Assembly: GCA_951406725.2 (NCBI GenBank)
Contig: OX597827.1
Location: 23,746,001-23,810,000, forward strand
DNA length: 64,000 nucleotides
DNA from: Octopus vulgaris
Lineage: Eukaryota
Reading direction: 5' to 3'
Under the pieces are notes generated by a model. It saw only the letters and a program-made list of their open reading frames with translations. It made no database searches and was not told the DNA's origin. Positions 1-11,830 of this stretch are shown here, piece by piece (the stretch's first letter is position 1; each line of letters begins with the position of its first letter). Position numbers and translations under genes: made by a program.

Positions 1-305
1 CCTTCTACTTTTCTCTTCTCTCACTTTCCCCCCATACCTTTCTCCCTCTTCTTAATCTTTTCTCTCTTTTATCTTTACCCTTTATTCCTCTCTCTCTCCC
101 TTTTCCTAATATATCGTCTGTCTTTTTTCTTTACTTCTCACTCATCCATCAAATCCTCATCTTTTACCCTTTCTCTCTTTCCCCTCCTCCTCTCTCTCCC
201 ACATCACACCATTTCTTTCTCTTCCTATTTCCCTCCTCTCCCTTTTTACCCTATCTCCTACTTCTCCTCGTCCTCCACCCAAACATTCTTCCCTCCCTCT
301 CTTTC
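1..305 (+). repeat. Polypyrimidine (CT-rich) low-complexity tract upstream of the putative promoter
   Basis: About 300 nt that are predominantly C/T on the + strand, directly before the CpG-rich region. Confidence 0.8.
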
Positions 306-329
306 TGAGTGTTGTTTACCAATTTTTCA

Positions 330-1052
330 CTCTCTCTAATTGTCTGTCAGTTCGACTGATTGCCTGTTCATTATAAAACCATTCTGCGACCGCCGTTCCT
401 TGCTCAGTAGTGCTGCTGTTGTCCTCTTTGCTAGTCGAGCTGTAGTGGTATATATATATAAATGTATGTATATAGACATCTAAGGAGATAGATATATATG
501 TATGTGTGTATATATAATATCTTGGAGAACGAGTTATTTATTTAGCGGTGAATTGTCAGCCGTCCGGCCATTCAGTTTTATTTAATTTACAAAACAGAAG
601 AAATTGAAACAAAAATTGCTAAACGCGAAAACTATTCGCGAAAAAAATTGGACATTACTTAAAACCTACCAAATACCTGATTAAGGAAGCAGGTATTCGA
701 GTCTGGGAGAAATAATCCCACATTTAACAAGGCCACTGACCCTCTCCGTTAATTAATTGTAATTGACGCTGTTAAACTAATATTTATTATTATTATTATT
801 GTCACTGGGCAAAATAAAGAAGGCGGGAAAACAATTCGAAAATTAAATGATTATAATCGATAAATTGATTAAAAATCAAACGAACATGTTGATTTACGAA
901 ATTATCTCGAGTTTATCGAATTTTACGTGATTAATGACGAGAAGGAAAATTCGCCAAAAATATGGAGAATAAATAAATAGACATTGTTAATATGTCTTAA
1001 ATAAATAATCGAACTGAGATATTTAATAATTCGTCAACGTGAAGCAGAAACC
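330..1052 (+). promoter_or_regulatory. CpG-retaining putative promoter / 5' UTR region
   Basis: Many CG dinucleotides (ttcgac, gcgaccgccg, acgcgaa, ttcgcg, ctcgag) compared with the CpG-depleted intron; free of TEs; ends at AAACC-ATG with an in-frame TAA at 1002-1004. Confidence 0.55.
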
Positions 1053-1208
1053 ATGAATATTGGAGAAAGGAGCAGCTTCTGTGCAATGGAATCAATCCGG
1101 CCTGATCTTTCCTTGCACCTCTGGCCAATTCTGCAAGCACCCCCTTCACCTTTTCGTAATGATGGTTGCATCACCATCTACTCCACCCTGGGACACCTCA
1201 TACATGTC
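1053..1208 (+). CDS. Putative first coding exon (52 aa, MNIGERSSFC...LGHLIHV) of a coiled-coil protein gene
   Basis: ATG with A at -3, 156 nt of non-repetitive ORF, GTAAGT donor at 1209-1214 in phase 0, in frame with the exon at 41962. Confidence 0.65.
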
Positions 1209-2736
1209 GTAAGTTGCAATTTCTTTCGGACCACCTCACATTTTGTGTGCAAGTGTGTGCGTGTATGCACGTGTGTATGTGTGTGTGTGTGCATATGCGC
1301 ACTTACGTTCTTTTCTTTGTTTAATTCTTCATTGCTACGGCAACACTGGAGCATCACAGACACATATGCATATATATATATATATATATAAATTCACCTT
1401 ATTGTGAAGTTGTACGGTTAATACCGCACTAATTTTTGGTGCTTCCACCTAAGTACCTAATTCATCTGAATCTCAATTATTTTGCTATATATATATTGAC
1501 AACTATAAATGAATTAGGCTTATCATTGTATGCGCACACACGCGCGCGTCATATACACGCATATACAATTCTGTATACATGAATAATGCATGCGAACACA
1601 TCTACAATATAGATATGTATATATGTATATATTTGCTTGCTTGCGCGCACGTATATATAATGTGTATATATGTTTTGCGTGTATATGTGTATTTGATAAA
1701 TGCAATGCGTGTTTATGATATTGAAAATGCTAATAGGAGGAAAAGGCTATTTTGTACTCCTAATTTGTGTGTGTGTGTGTTGGAAACGGATTGAATGTAT
1801 ACATCTAGCAACTGGATATCTGTGTGTGTGTATATATATATGTATCTATATGTACTTCTGTGCGTGTGTATTTATAACCTTCCAACTTATACCAATATGG
1901 AAAAACGAAAGTTAAAACTGACACTAAATGCCACGCTCCTCCCTCCTAGCATCATCGTCATCATCACCACCATCATCATCATCGTCGTCTATGGATGCTG
2001 CAGTGTTTAACCATTAATGGTTGATGTAATCACTTGTCTGGTCTGTTGCCAACATTGGCAGCATGGCACCACTTCTTACATCATTTCACATTCCTCCTGT
2101 ATCACTGCTGCTACTACAACTACTGGTGGTGTTTTGGCAGTTGAAGGGGTACCACAGATGGTGTGATTGTGGTGGTGGTGGAGGTGGTGGTTGAAGATAT
2201 TGCAAGAGATGGTGGGAACAGTGGGTGTCGGTGGTGATGGTAGGGATGGTGCAGATGGTATTAGAGATAATGGTAGCAGAGATTTGTGTGGTGGTAGTAG
2301 AGGCAGCATAGTGCTTGTAATGTGTGACGGTGGTTGGTGGTGCTGGTTGCAGAAATGGTGGATGGTGTTGGTAGAAATGATGGTGTAATACTAGAAATGA
2401 TGTAGATAGTGACGGTGGTGGTGGTGGTTGAAGGGGTACTCGAGGTGGTACAGACACTGGCATGCGCGCACACGTGTGTTTGAGAGATGGGGTGAGGGTA
2501 ACGGCGTAGTGGGGTTATACATGAACATGGAGGTGGTAAGCCATCAAATGATGGAATGCATTGATAAATATATATTTTTATTTCAGTATGTGTATATATG
2601 TATATATATACATTTGAATATGTGTGTGTGTGTCTCTCTCTCTCTCTATATATATATAGAGAGAGACATACTCATACATACATGTATCTACCATCACATA
2701 AAAACACATGTACATGCAACCCTTGCATAGAGAAGC

Positions 2737-2741
<5 letters not shown>

Positions 2742-2782
<41 letters not shown>

Positions 2783-2859
2783 TATATATATATACACATA
2801 CACACACACACACACATATATATATACACATACACACACACATATATATATATGCACAC

Positions 2860-2893
<34 letters not shown>

Positions 2894-2990
2894 ACACACA
2901 CACATATATATATGTATATATATGTGTGTATATATATATACACGCACACATATATATATATGTATATATACACACACACACACATACACC
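2742..2990. repeat. Compound (TA)n/(CA)n microsatellite
   Basis: Seen directly; source of the spurious YIHT/CVY ORFs. Confidence 0.95.
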
Positions 2991-3100
2991 CACCGTTTTA
3001 GTTACACATACACATAGTATCTTTAATATACACAATTATTCAACGAAAAAGTTTTACAAATATACATGCCTTTGTACACATTTCTGTACTACTTTGCTCT

Positions 3101-3145
<45 letters not shown>

Positions 3146-3829
3146 CCCTTATCACCTCATACATTCTCAGGCTCATAAGAATCACACCCATTCTTCAACC
3201 CATATACTCGTCTACACTCATGCACGCACAATCATACACATGTACAGTCGTACACACCCTGTTAACAGCCATCATTAAAATGCCTCGTTAAGTGTAATAA
3301 GTAACGGAAAATTAGCAACTGGGAGCAAATATAATTGGAACACTTGTCTTGGTGGAATGTTGTGACTGTTGTGGGACTGTGGGAAGTTGTACTATTGTGG
3401 CTCCTGTTGTGTGGTTGATGGAGGCATTGTGGGATACATGCTGTGTGGCTGGTAAAGGCAGTGGAATTATGGGATATGATGATACATGGTTGGTTGACAG
3501 TTGAACTGTGGGACACTGTTGCTGCATTCATGATTGTTGGACACTTCTGTTTTAGTGGTCAGTTGTAGCCACACAGCCTTAACTCTTTAGCATTTAAACT
3601 GGCCATAAAGATCCTTCCCAAGTCATACAGATTCACCGAGCCAGTTTCCCAGTTGACATGGTACATATATTCTCTCCCCACCCATGCGGACAGAACACAG
3701 GTCCACTGCAGGGTCACTCATTTTTGCCAGCTGAGTGGACTGGAGCAACACGAAATGAAATTTATGCTCAAAAACATGTTGCCTGGTCAAGGAATTGAAA
3801 TCATGAGTCCAGCATTCTAACCACTAAGC

Positions 3830-4115
3830 CAGTGGTTCCCAATCTGGGACCCATGGACCCCTGGCAGTCTGCAAAGGTAGTACTGGGGCTCCATGAGCTA
3901 AATTCAAAATTTCATATATATATATATATATATGTGGCACGTAAAAAAAACACCCACTACACTCGCGGAGTGGTTGGCGTTAGGAAGGGCATCCAGCCGT
4001 AGAAACACTGCCAGATCTGACTGGGCCTGACGAAGCCTTCCAGCTTCACAGACCCCAGTTGACCCGTCCAACCCATGCTAGCATGGAAAGCGGACGCTAA
4101 ATGATGATGATGATG

Positions 4116-4154
<39 letters not shown>

Positions 4155-4243
4155 TAAGGATAAGCATATTAAAAGGGGTCTGTGGGAAAACTCATTTAAA
4201 TAAAAGGGTTTTGGAACCACTGTGAAAAGGTTGGTAACCACTG
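3830..4243. mobile_element. hAT-like MITE
   Basis: TIRs cagtggttcccaa / ttggtaaccactg; 8-bp TSD cactaagc / cacaaagc (one mismatch). Confidence 0.75.
3934..4116 (+). mobile_element. 5'-truncated 3' end of an RTE-clade LINE inserted in (TA)n
   Basis: Near-identical to 6765-6946; (GAT)n tail; TA repeats on both sides. Confidence 0.9.
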
Positions 4244-4816
4244 CACAAAGCCATGCACTTCTACCAAAATGGCCAGATCCTGGCCCATATATTCTCCCTA
4301 TTTTATGTTCAAACTGGCCTTATCCAGTCATTCTAAAAGTACACAACCACGTTATTGAAACCTTAAAGTTATGAGATAATGTTTGATTAATTAATTAATT
4401 AATTAATTAATTAATTAATTAATTAATAAACAATGTGAAGAAATTAGTTTTACATTCGATGGAGTGATCTGAATGCTAAAGAATTAACCTCCAAGAGACT
4501 GGTACTTAACTCTGGTTTCATGACGTTAAGAGAACGAGGGACATTATTTCATCCAGGATACATTTCCAGTCTATCGCAGATAATGTTCCTGAGACTTCTG
4601 ATACCAATTCCTGACAGCTAAGTGAACCATCTCAATGTAAAAGAAAATGTCTGGCTTGGAAAGGTAATGAGATGATGCCGGTTGATTTTGAACTCAAGAC
4701 TATTTGCAGTTCAATACGTTATCTACTCAGGCACTTGTGTCTCTGTAGTTCTCTAACAAAGGTAACCAAATAGTCTCCGGCACCCCAGATGTACCAATCA
4801 TTTCTTTTAAGTTCTA

Positions 4817-5024
4817 TTCTTTTACTTGTTTCAGTCATTTGACTGCGGCCATGCTGGAGCACCACTTTTAGTCAAGCAAATCGACCCCAGTACTTATTCT
4901 TTGTAAGCCTAGTACTTATTCTATCGATCTCTTTTGCTGAACCGCTAAGTTACGGGGGACATAAACACACCAGCATCGGTTGTCAAGTGATGGAAGGGGG
5001 ACAAACTCAGACACACAAACACGT

Positions 5025-5060
<36 letters not shown>

Positions 5061-5115
5061 ATATATACGATGGGCTTCTCTCAGTTTCCGTCTACTAAAT
5101 CCTCTCATAAGGCTT
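4817..5115 (-). mobile_element. CORE-type SINE, 3' part
   Basis: Reverse complement of the family tail ggtgctccagcatggccgcagtcaaatgactgaaacaagtaaaag. Confidence 0.85.
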
Positions 5116-5527
5116 AATATATAATATTTAGTAATATGAAGTGCAGAATGACAGCCACATGTCAGTCCTCTGTTGTTGTTTGAACTACCTCTGTTGGAGG
5201 CTGTTGGAGTGGACTTGAAGGTTGAATAGTCCTAGTCCTTGCTTGCTCGGTTGATAAACCAAATCAAGTAACACTTGATTTATGGACTTTAAGAGAATGT
5301 AGAAAAAGAATTGTGGCTATTTTACTGTGTCATTCTGTCACAATCTTATTCTTATCAACACAAGCGGGGTTGTTGTGTAAGAAGCTTGCTTCCCAACCAC
5401 ATGGTTCTGAGTTCAGTTCCACTGCGTAGCACCTTGGGCAAGTGTCCCTTACTATAGACCAGGCCAAACAAGGCTCTGTGAGTGAATTTGGTCGACAGAA
5501 ACTGAATGAAGATCATAATTATATATA

Positions 5528-6946
5528 TTAGGTCCAGCTTTTCTCTCAAGGTACTTACACTCTGCCGAGTGTGAGTACTGGCATTACACATCCATCGGAG
5601 CATACTGGCTTCATTTCTAGCGAGCTTACGCATATCCTCAGCAGTCACGGCCCATGTTTCACTGCCATGTAGCATGGCTGTTCGTACACACGCATCATAC
5701 AGTCTGCCTTTCACTCTGTGCGAGAGGCCTTTTGTCACCAGCAGAGGTAAGAGCTCTCTGAACTTTGCCCAAGCTATTCTTACTCTAGCAGTTACACTTT
5801 CAGCACACCCGCCCCCGCTGCTGACTTGGTCACCTAGGTAACGGAAACTATCAACTATTTCTAGTTTTTCTCCCTGGAAAGTGACAGAAGTTGGTCTCAG
5901 AGCATTTTCAGTGTTTATTGTTCCTGAGCATCTGCCACATACAAAAACCATCTTCCTAGTTAGCCTTCCTTTGACATTGCTGCATGCTGAGGATATGCGT
6001 AAGCTCGCTAGAAATGAAGCCAGTATGCTCCGATGGATGTGTAATGCCAGTACTCACACTCGGCAGAGTGTAAGTACCTTGAGAGAAAAGCTGGACCTAA
6101 GAAGCATCAGTTGTGGTGTGCAAGAGAGACGTTTGCGCTGGTATGGTCATGTGGCGAGAATGGATGAAGATAGTTGTGTGAAAAAGTGCCACACCCTAGC
6201 GGTTGAGGGAACCTGTGGAAGAGGCAGACCCAGGAAAACCTGGGACGAGGTGGTGAAGCACGACCTTCGAACTTTAGGTCTCACCGAGGAAATGACTAGA
6301 GACCGAGACCTCTGGAAGTGTGCTGTGCGCGAGAAGACCCGGCAGGACAAGTGAGTCCACAACCCGTGGCCTTCTACATGGGATAGAGCCAGCCTACGTA
6401 TGCATACCTTCCCTTCTTGGGACACAAAACTCTACTTGTGAAGACGTGTTGAGGCAAGTGAGGATCAGAATCGAAATCGATCAATGGAAATTGCGGATGT
6501 GCTACCAGTGCCGGTGGCATGTCGAAACTCTGCTTGTGAAGACCCATTGAGGCAAGTGAGGATCAGAATCGAAATCGATCAATGGAAATTGCAGATGTGT
6601 TACCAGTGCCGGTGGCATGTAAGAGAACCTTCCGTTTCGCGACCGTTGCCAGCACCGCCCCGTTTCGTGTTCGTTGCCAGCCTCGCCTGGCCTTCGTGCC
6701 GGTGGCACATAAAAAACACCATCCGTTCGTGGCCGTTTGCCAGCTCTGGCTGGCACCAGTGCGGGTGGCACGTAAAAAGCACCCACTACACTCACGGAGT
6801 GGTTGGCGTTAGGAAGGGCATCCAGCCGTAGAAACACTGCCAGATTTGACTGGGCCTGATGAAGCCTTCTGGCTTCACAGACCCCAGCAGAACCGTCCAA
6901 CCCATGCTAGCATGGAAAACGGACGCTAAATGATGATGATGATGAT
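5528..6946 (+). mobile_element. Young 5'-truncated, 5'-inverted RTE-like LINE (C-terminal ORF region, 3' UTR, (GAT)n tail)
   Basis: Minus segment 5984->5528 encodes CSNVKGRL..FVCGRC..VDSFRYLG..RVRIAWAKFREL..LHGSETW; plus segment 5985-6354 encodes RRLRWYGHVARM..GRGRPRKTW; these are typical post-RT motifs of RTE elements; no stops, CpGs retained; ~98-bp tandem repeat in the 3' UTR (about 6426-6620). Confidence 0.92.
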
Positions 6947-6996
6947 ATATATATATATATATATATATATAAGAGAACAAAGTGTACATACGCCAC

Positions 6997-7165
6997 TGGG
7001 ACAAGAACGCAAAACATCCGGACAACGCGAGGATGATCTGGTTCTTGACTGAGGATAGAAAGCTTCAAATGACCTGTCCTTGGTTTTTTTGTATCGTCTA
7101 TCTGGATGTTTTGTTGTCCCTTTTTGTATCACTTAGTTGTTCGGATGTTTTGCGTTCTTGTCCCA
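6997..7165. mobile_element. Small fold-back element in TA-rich context
   Basis: 30-bp inverted repeat 6997-7026 / 7136-7165 with one mismatch. Confidence 0.7.
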
Positions 7166-7261
7166 TTTTGTATTTTATATATGAATGAATGAGAAAAGGA
7201 AGGAAATGGAGAAACATCAGTTTATTTAAAGATATTCAAATCCATATAATGAAATTCCTGT

Positions 7262-7360
7262 CCTACAGCCGTTTCTATATCCAATTAGTTCAATTACAGA
7301 AATTAAATTATTTTAAGTTAACTTTTCATGTTGAAACTGGTTAATTGGGTTTTTCATCAG
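7262..7360 (-). ncRNA. Degenerate hammerhead-like motif
   Basis: Minus strand: CTGATGA...ccaatta/taattgg...GAAAC-GGCT-GTA. Confidence 0.4.
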
Positions 7361-7490
7361 GCAAGAATTTTTCCCAAAAGGGAGTTACATTTCAACATGT
7401 CGGTTGACCTACAACAGACTCACTGAACACTGGTATAAACCAAAGAACTAGGATGCTAGCATCCCTTAAAGGATTATAGGTCCTTGACAC

Positions 7491-7537
<47 letters not shown>

Positions 7538-7579
7538 GATTGTGATTGACTGAGAACTAAACATCGACATAAACTGGAT

Positions 7580-7652
7580 CTGAGGAAGCTATAGGATGTT
7601 GCACAAGCACCCAGCTGTGAGTGCAATGCATCTTATAGCAGAAACAGCTGTA
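7580..7652 (+). ncRNA. Hammerhead-like motif with a long helix II (Penelope-type)
   Basis: CTGAGGA-A-GCTATAGGATG-TTGCAC...GTGCAA-TG-CATCTTATAGC-A-GAAACAGCTGT-A; palindromic ACAGCTGT helix III; helix I weak. Confidence 0.55.
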
Positions 7653-7822
7653 AGCTAATGAAGATTATGTAACTCCTGGTCTTTTGTCATTCATTAATTG
7701 ATATTACACTCTGTACTCTCCTTTACTCTAAAGAATAAGTATATTGAGTTCTAACAACTGGTTATTAGTATTGCTGTGCCTAAATGAAATCATTATATAT
7801 ATATATGTGTGTGTGTGTGTGT

Positions 7823-8092
7823 AGAGGCACAATGGCCCAGTGGTTTAGGCAGTAGACTTGAGGTCGTAGGATCACGGTTTCGATTCCCAGACTGGGCATT
7901 GTGAGTGTTTATTGAGGAAAACACCTAAAGCTCTACAAGGCTTCGGCAAGGGGTGTTGGTGATCCCTGCTGTACTCTTTCGCCGCAACTATCTCTCACTC
8001 TTTCTTCTGTAGCCAGCGGGGTGGCGGCATTTGAAGGCTAAAACAATGCGAAGTGCATTGTGACCAGCGATGTGTAGCAACATCTGATAGCC
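7823..8092 (+). mobile_element. tRNA-derived SINE (second copy at 26167-26458)
   Basis: A box tggcccagtgg and B-box-like ggtttcgattccc; body shared with 26167-26458. Confidence 0.85.
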
Positions 8093-10337
8093 TATATATA
8101 TATATATATCTTATTTATTTATATGACATACTTAATGTATGTATATCATAGAGAAGCCAGTAGCCGCAGTGTTCATCAAGGAAAAGAACCCTTTATAGAC
8201 ATATAGTGTTTAAAACACAATTTACTTTGGAGCTAGACAGAACAAAATCACTCGAGAAGCATCTGCACGAGTGATGGATGCGCATTGCTGCACCATTTTT
8301 GAAGCTTGTCAATGCCATGCATTCACATCGCTTCCAACACAAAATAATCCTGGCCCTTTCTGAAGTATACAGAAACAATAAATAAACAAATTCACTATCC
8401 TCGCAGAGATGCTGCAAGGCTAAACAAGATTCAAATTTCGCAGTAGAACCAGCTCTAGATTAAAAATTTTTATCATCATCAACGTTTAACATCCGTTTAC
8501 CATGCTGGCATGGGTTGGATGGTTCAACTGGGGTCTGGGAAGCCAGGAGGCCGCACTAGATGCCAGTCTGATCTGGCAGTGTTTCTACAGCTGGATGCCC
8601 CTCTTAACGCCAACCACTCCGTGAGTGTAATGGGTGCTTTTTACGTGCCACTGGCACAGGGGCCAGAGGAGGCTGGCAATGACCATATATATATATATAT
8701 ATATATATCAATTTTTCCATGCAGACAGGAGTTGTTGAACCAGGCTTTGCCAGTTGTCACGGCCACCTCATCATCAGATACACATACGCACACACACACA
8801 CACACAACAGCCAAGAAACCTACCAAACTCTCAGGTACATTATTTCTGGGGTACCAGAGACTATTTGGTTACCTTTGTTATGAAACTACAGATGCAAGTG
8901 CCTGAGTAAATAACATATTGTACTGCAAACAGTCTTGGGTTCAAAATCCACCGGCATTATCTCATTATGTTTCCAAACCAGACACTTTCTTTCACATTGA
9001 GATGGTTCACTTAGCTCTCTTGGTTGACTGATTTTCTTGTTATTTTTCTCAACACATTCACACACAAGGATAGATACGTTGCCATTTAAGTTATTTAATT
9101 TGATTGTTTTATCAATCATGAATAAATTGCAAATAAATCTGAATTTGCCCTTGGAGGATTCTGCCCTGATAATAAACTGAACTGGCAACATTGGTGTCCC
9201 AGACTAAACACTACAAAGCAACTAACCAGACTTTCTACATTCCCTCCTCTTCCCCTTCCTCCTCCACTTCCTCATCCATCCTAACTGATGTTTAGTAAAA
9301 TACTGTTCAGTGTAAAAATAGAAAATGCAATCCTAGTCTCCTGCAAATTCCTTTGGTGGGTGTGTTGGGATAACTATGGGGGAGGGGTGGGAGGGAACTG
9401 TATTACATCACTTTTCCAGGCTGCCTCCACCTCCACTGCCATCAACATTGTTACTACAACTACTACTACTATTACTACTACTACTACTACTACCATTCTA
9501 CTACTACTACAAGGATTATATGATAGCATCTTAAGGAGTTCCCCTTCTCCCCTTCCTTGGCCTCACTCACCCCCTTTCTCTGTATTCTAGTTCCTATGTA
9601 CCTTTAATAGCTATCCTAGGTAATTTACCCTGGTGAATGTTTAGTTAAACATTGCCTTACCCAGGGGCATGACTTGGTGGTTGGGGTGTTGGGCTCCTAA
9701 TTGTAAGATTGGGATTTCAATTCCTGACCGGGCGACGCGTTGTGTTCTTGAGCAAAACACTTCATTTCACGTTGGTCCAGTCAACTCAGCTGGTAAAAGT
9801 GAGTCATCTTGTGAGGGTCCGGCATCCCATCTAGGGAGGAGTGTATACACCAGAGAAACATGGAAATCACCCCTATGCTCCTTATGGAGAAATGTGGACT
9901 ACCCTTACCCAGGGTAGTAGATGGTCGGTTTAACATTGCCATTACTTGGCCCACATGGGTGCCTTTAGCATTATTGTCACATGTTTTGGCCAGGTCTCTT
10001 GCATAAGGATAACACATCCAACTCACATGCACACATACATGAGGGGCTTCTTTCAGTTTCCATCTACCAAATTCACTCACAAGACTTTGGTTGGACCAAG
10101 TCTAAAGTGGAAGACGCTTGCCTAAGGTGCCACTCAGTGGGAATGAACCCAAAAGTATATGGTTGGGAAGCAAGCTTCTCACCGCACAGCCATGCCTCTG
10201 CCTATATCTTACAGTTGTGCCGTTACATCATGAAGATGTCCTCCCTCATAGCTCTGATACAGCAAACAAATAGCATACTTCTCACGAGATATTTCACATT
10301 ACCTCCTACAGCTCTGTTGTTTGAATGCAAGCCTGGG

Positions 10338-10690
10338 CACCAAACTGTTAATCTTTAATTAATGAAGTTAACAATTTACCTTTTAAGTTAACTTTGGAAT
10401 TTATTATCAGACTAATTAACTTCGGTTAGCTCAAGTCAACTTCAATTAACTTCCGTTAACTTCAATTGAATAAAAGTTAACAGATTTCATAGTTTTGGCA
10501 CTTTTTAAAGGTGTTTTTAGGTGGTTTTAAAGCAAAAATTTTTTCTATAATAAAAATTAACATTAATGATTCATTGGTAACTTCGTTACATTAGGAAATA
10601 ATTAACTGCTTAACGGTTATCGAAGTTAACTTTTTGGTTAACAGATTAATGGTTAATGAAGTTAACTTTTCAATTAACTGTCCCCACCTT
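10338..10690. mobile_element. Putative non-autonomous DNA transposon rich in GTTAAC/TTAAC subterminal repeats
   Basis: Many ttaac/gttaa motifs in both orientations; short imperfect ends tgggcac / gtcccca. Confidence 0.45.
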
Positions 10691-10764
10691 TCTTTCAATG
10701 TATATGTCTGTCTGTTATTTAATCATAAACATCCTTATCCAATTTTCCATGGTAGCATGGGTTA

Positions 10765-10972
10765 GAGTGGTTCTCAACTGGCGTCTGTATTGCTTCTGGG
10801 GTCCATATAAGATTTTATGGTTAAAATTTGTGCCATAAATTGCTTCTACTCTTACAATATGCAAAATATTTTAACCCTTTTTTTATATAAACACCGAATG
10901 GCTAAGGAGGTCCCTGTAGAGTAAAACAGGATTACAAGGAGTCCACAGGCCCAAACCAGTTGAGAACCACTC
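10765..10972. mobile_element. hAT-like MITE
   Basis: Perfect 17-bp TIR gagtggttctcaactgg / ccagttgagaaccactc. Confidence 0.75.
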
Positions 10973-11526
10973 GGTTAGGCAATAATTTTGAAGTAGATTT
11001 TTTTCCTATGGCCTGCTGCTCTTCTTGTCAATTAACCTCGCCAGCTTATTGCCTTCATTTTATTCTTCTATGCATTACTCTTAAAACAAAAATGGCATGG
11101 CCATATCTGGAAGTCAACCTTTTATCATAAGTCTGATAAGTCACAGCTGGCCCTAAGTTAAACACCATCATTATCATCACCACCAATGCAATGTATTGTC
11201 CTACCAATATCCCTAGATTCTTCACTGTTGTGATGTAGGGTTCCTCAATTAGGATGCTTCATTTAATTCCTTCTTAGTTGTGCTTCTTAGGTTTTTCATT
11301 ATCAGTTCTCCATAAACCTCAATTTTCATGTTATATCCTTATAATGTCCTGTTCCTCTGTTGCTCCAGCTTGGCACAAAGATGGTAGGTTCACAGAATCA
11401 TTAGAGCATGAGGGCTCTTGAACCATTTGAGCTGCAAACTAGTAATGGGCCATGGATCATTTGGTGCTGGAGTTGGGGGAGGGCACACAGGAAAAATAAA
11501 TTTTTAAATTTTGTTTCTATTTTATA

Positions 11527-11830
11527 AGCACAGGAGTGGCTGTGTGGTAAGTAGCTTGCTTACCAACCACATGGTTCTAGATTCAGTCCCACTGTGTGGC
11601 ACCTTGGGCAAGTGTCTTTTGTTATAGCCTCAGGCCAACCAAAGCCTTATGAGTGGATTTGGTAGATGGAAACTGAAAGAAGCCTGTCGTATATATACAT
11701 ATGTGTGTGTGCTTGTTTTTGTTCCCCCATCATCGCTTGACAAAAGTCTTGGGGTCAATTTGTTCGACTAAAGACGGTGCTCCAGCATGGCCATGGTCAA
11801 ATGACTGAAACAAATAAAAGAATAAAAGAG
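11527..11830 (+). mobile_element. CORE-type tRNA SINE (octopus OR2-like); representative of about 20 copies
   Basis: tRNA-like head followed by the CORE motif gtggcaccttgggcaagtgtctt; other copies near 5358, 10030(-), 12041, 15777, 29390(-), 31270(-), 32950, 38365(-), 45158, 45925(-), 49583, 50112(-), 50292, 53050, 54425, 55618, 61943, 63045(-), 63440(-). Confidence 0.88.

Larger units (their letters stand above)
3611..4262 (-). mobile_element. tRNA-derived SINE split by a hAT-like MITE
   Basis: Reverse complement matches the SINE at 26512-26760 (gcatggcttagtggttag...gctccagtccactcagctggcaaaaatgagt). Confidence 0.75.
3579..4487 (+). mobile_element. piggyBac-like MITE interrupted by nested insertions
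   Basis: Ends TTAActctttagcatt ... aatgctaaagaaTTAA; body matches the copies at 28632-28859 and 43951-44875; internal (TAAT)n expansion at about 4387-4427. Confidence 0.7.

Noticed and set aside
5355-5951. 198-aa minus-strand ORF as a host gene
   Set aside because: Chimera of the inverted LINE segment reading into an adjacent SINE.
6426-6790. Repeat-spacer-like pattern (gtgccggtggca.. units) suggesting a CRISPR array
   Set aside because: Internal repeats of the RTE 3' UTR in eukaryotic DNA; spacing is irregular and there are no cas genes.
7823-7900. tRNA-like sequences with A/B boxes (many places)
   Set aside because: They are SINE heads continuing into shared SINE bodies, without a complete cloverleaf.
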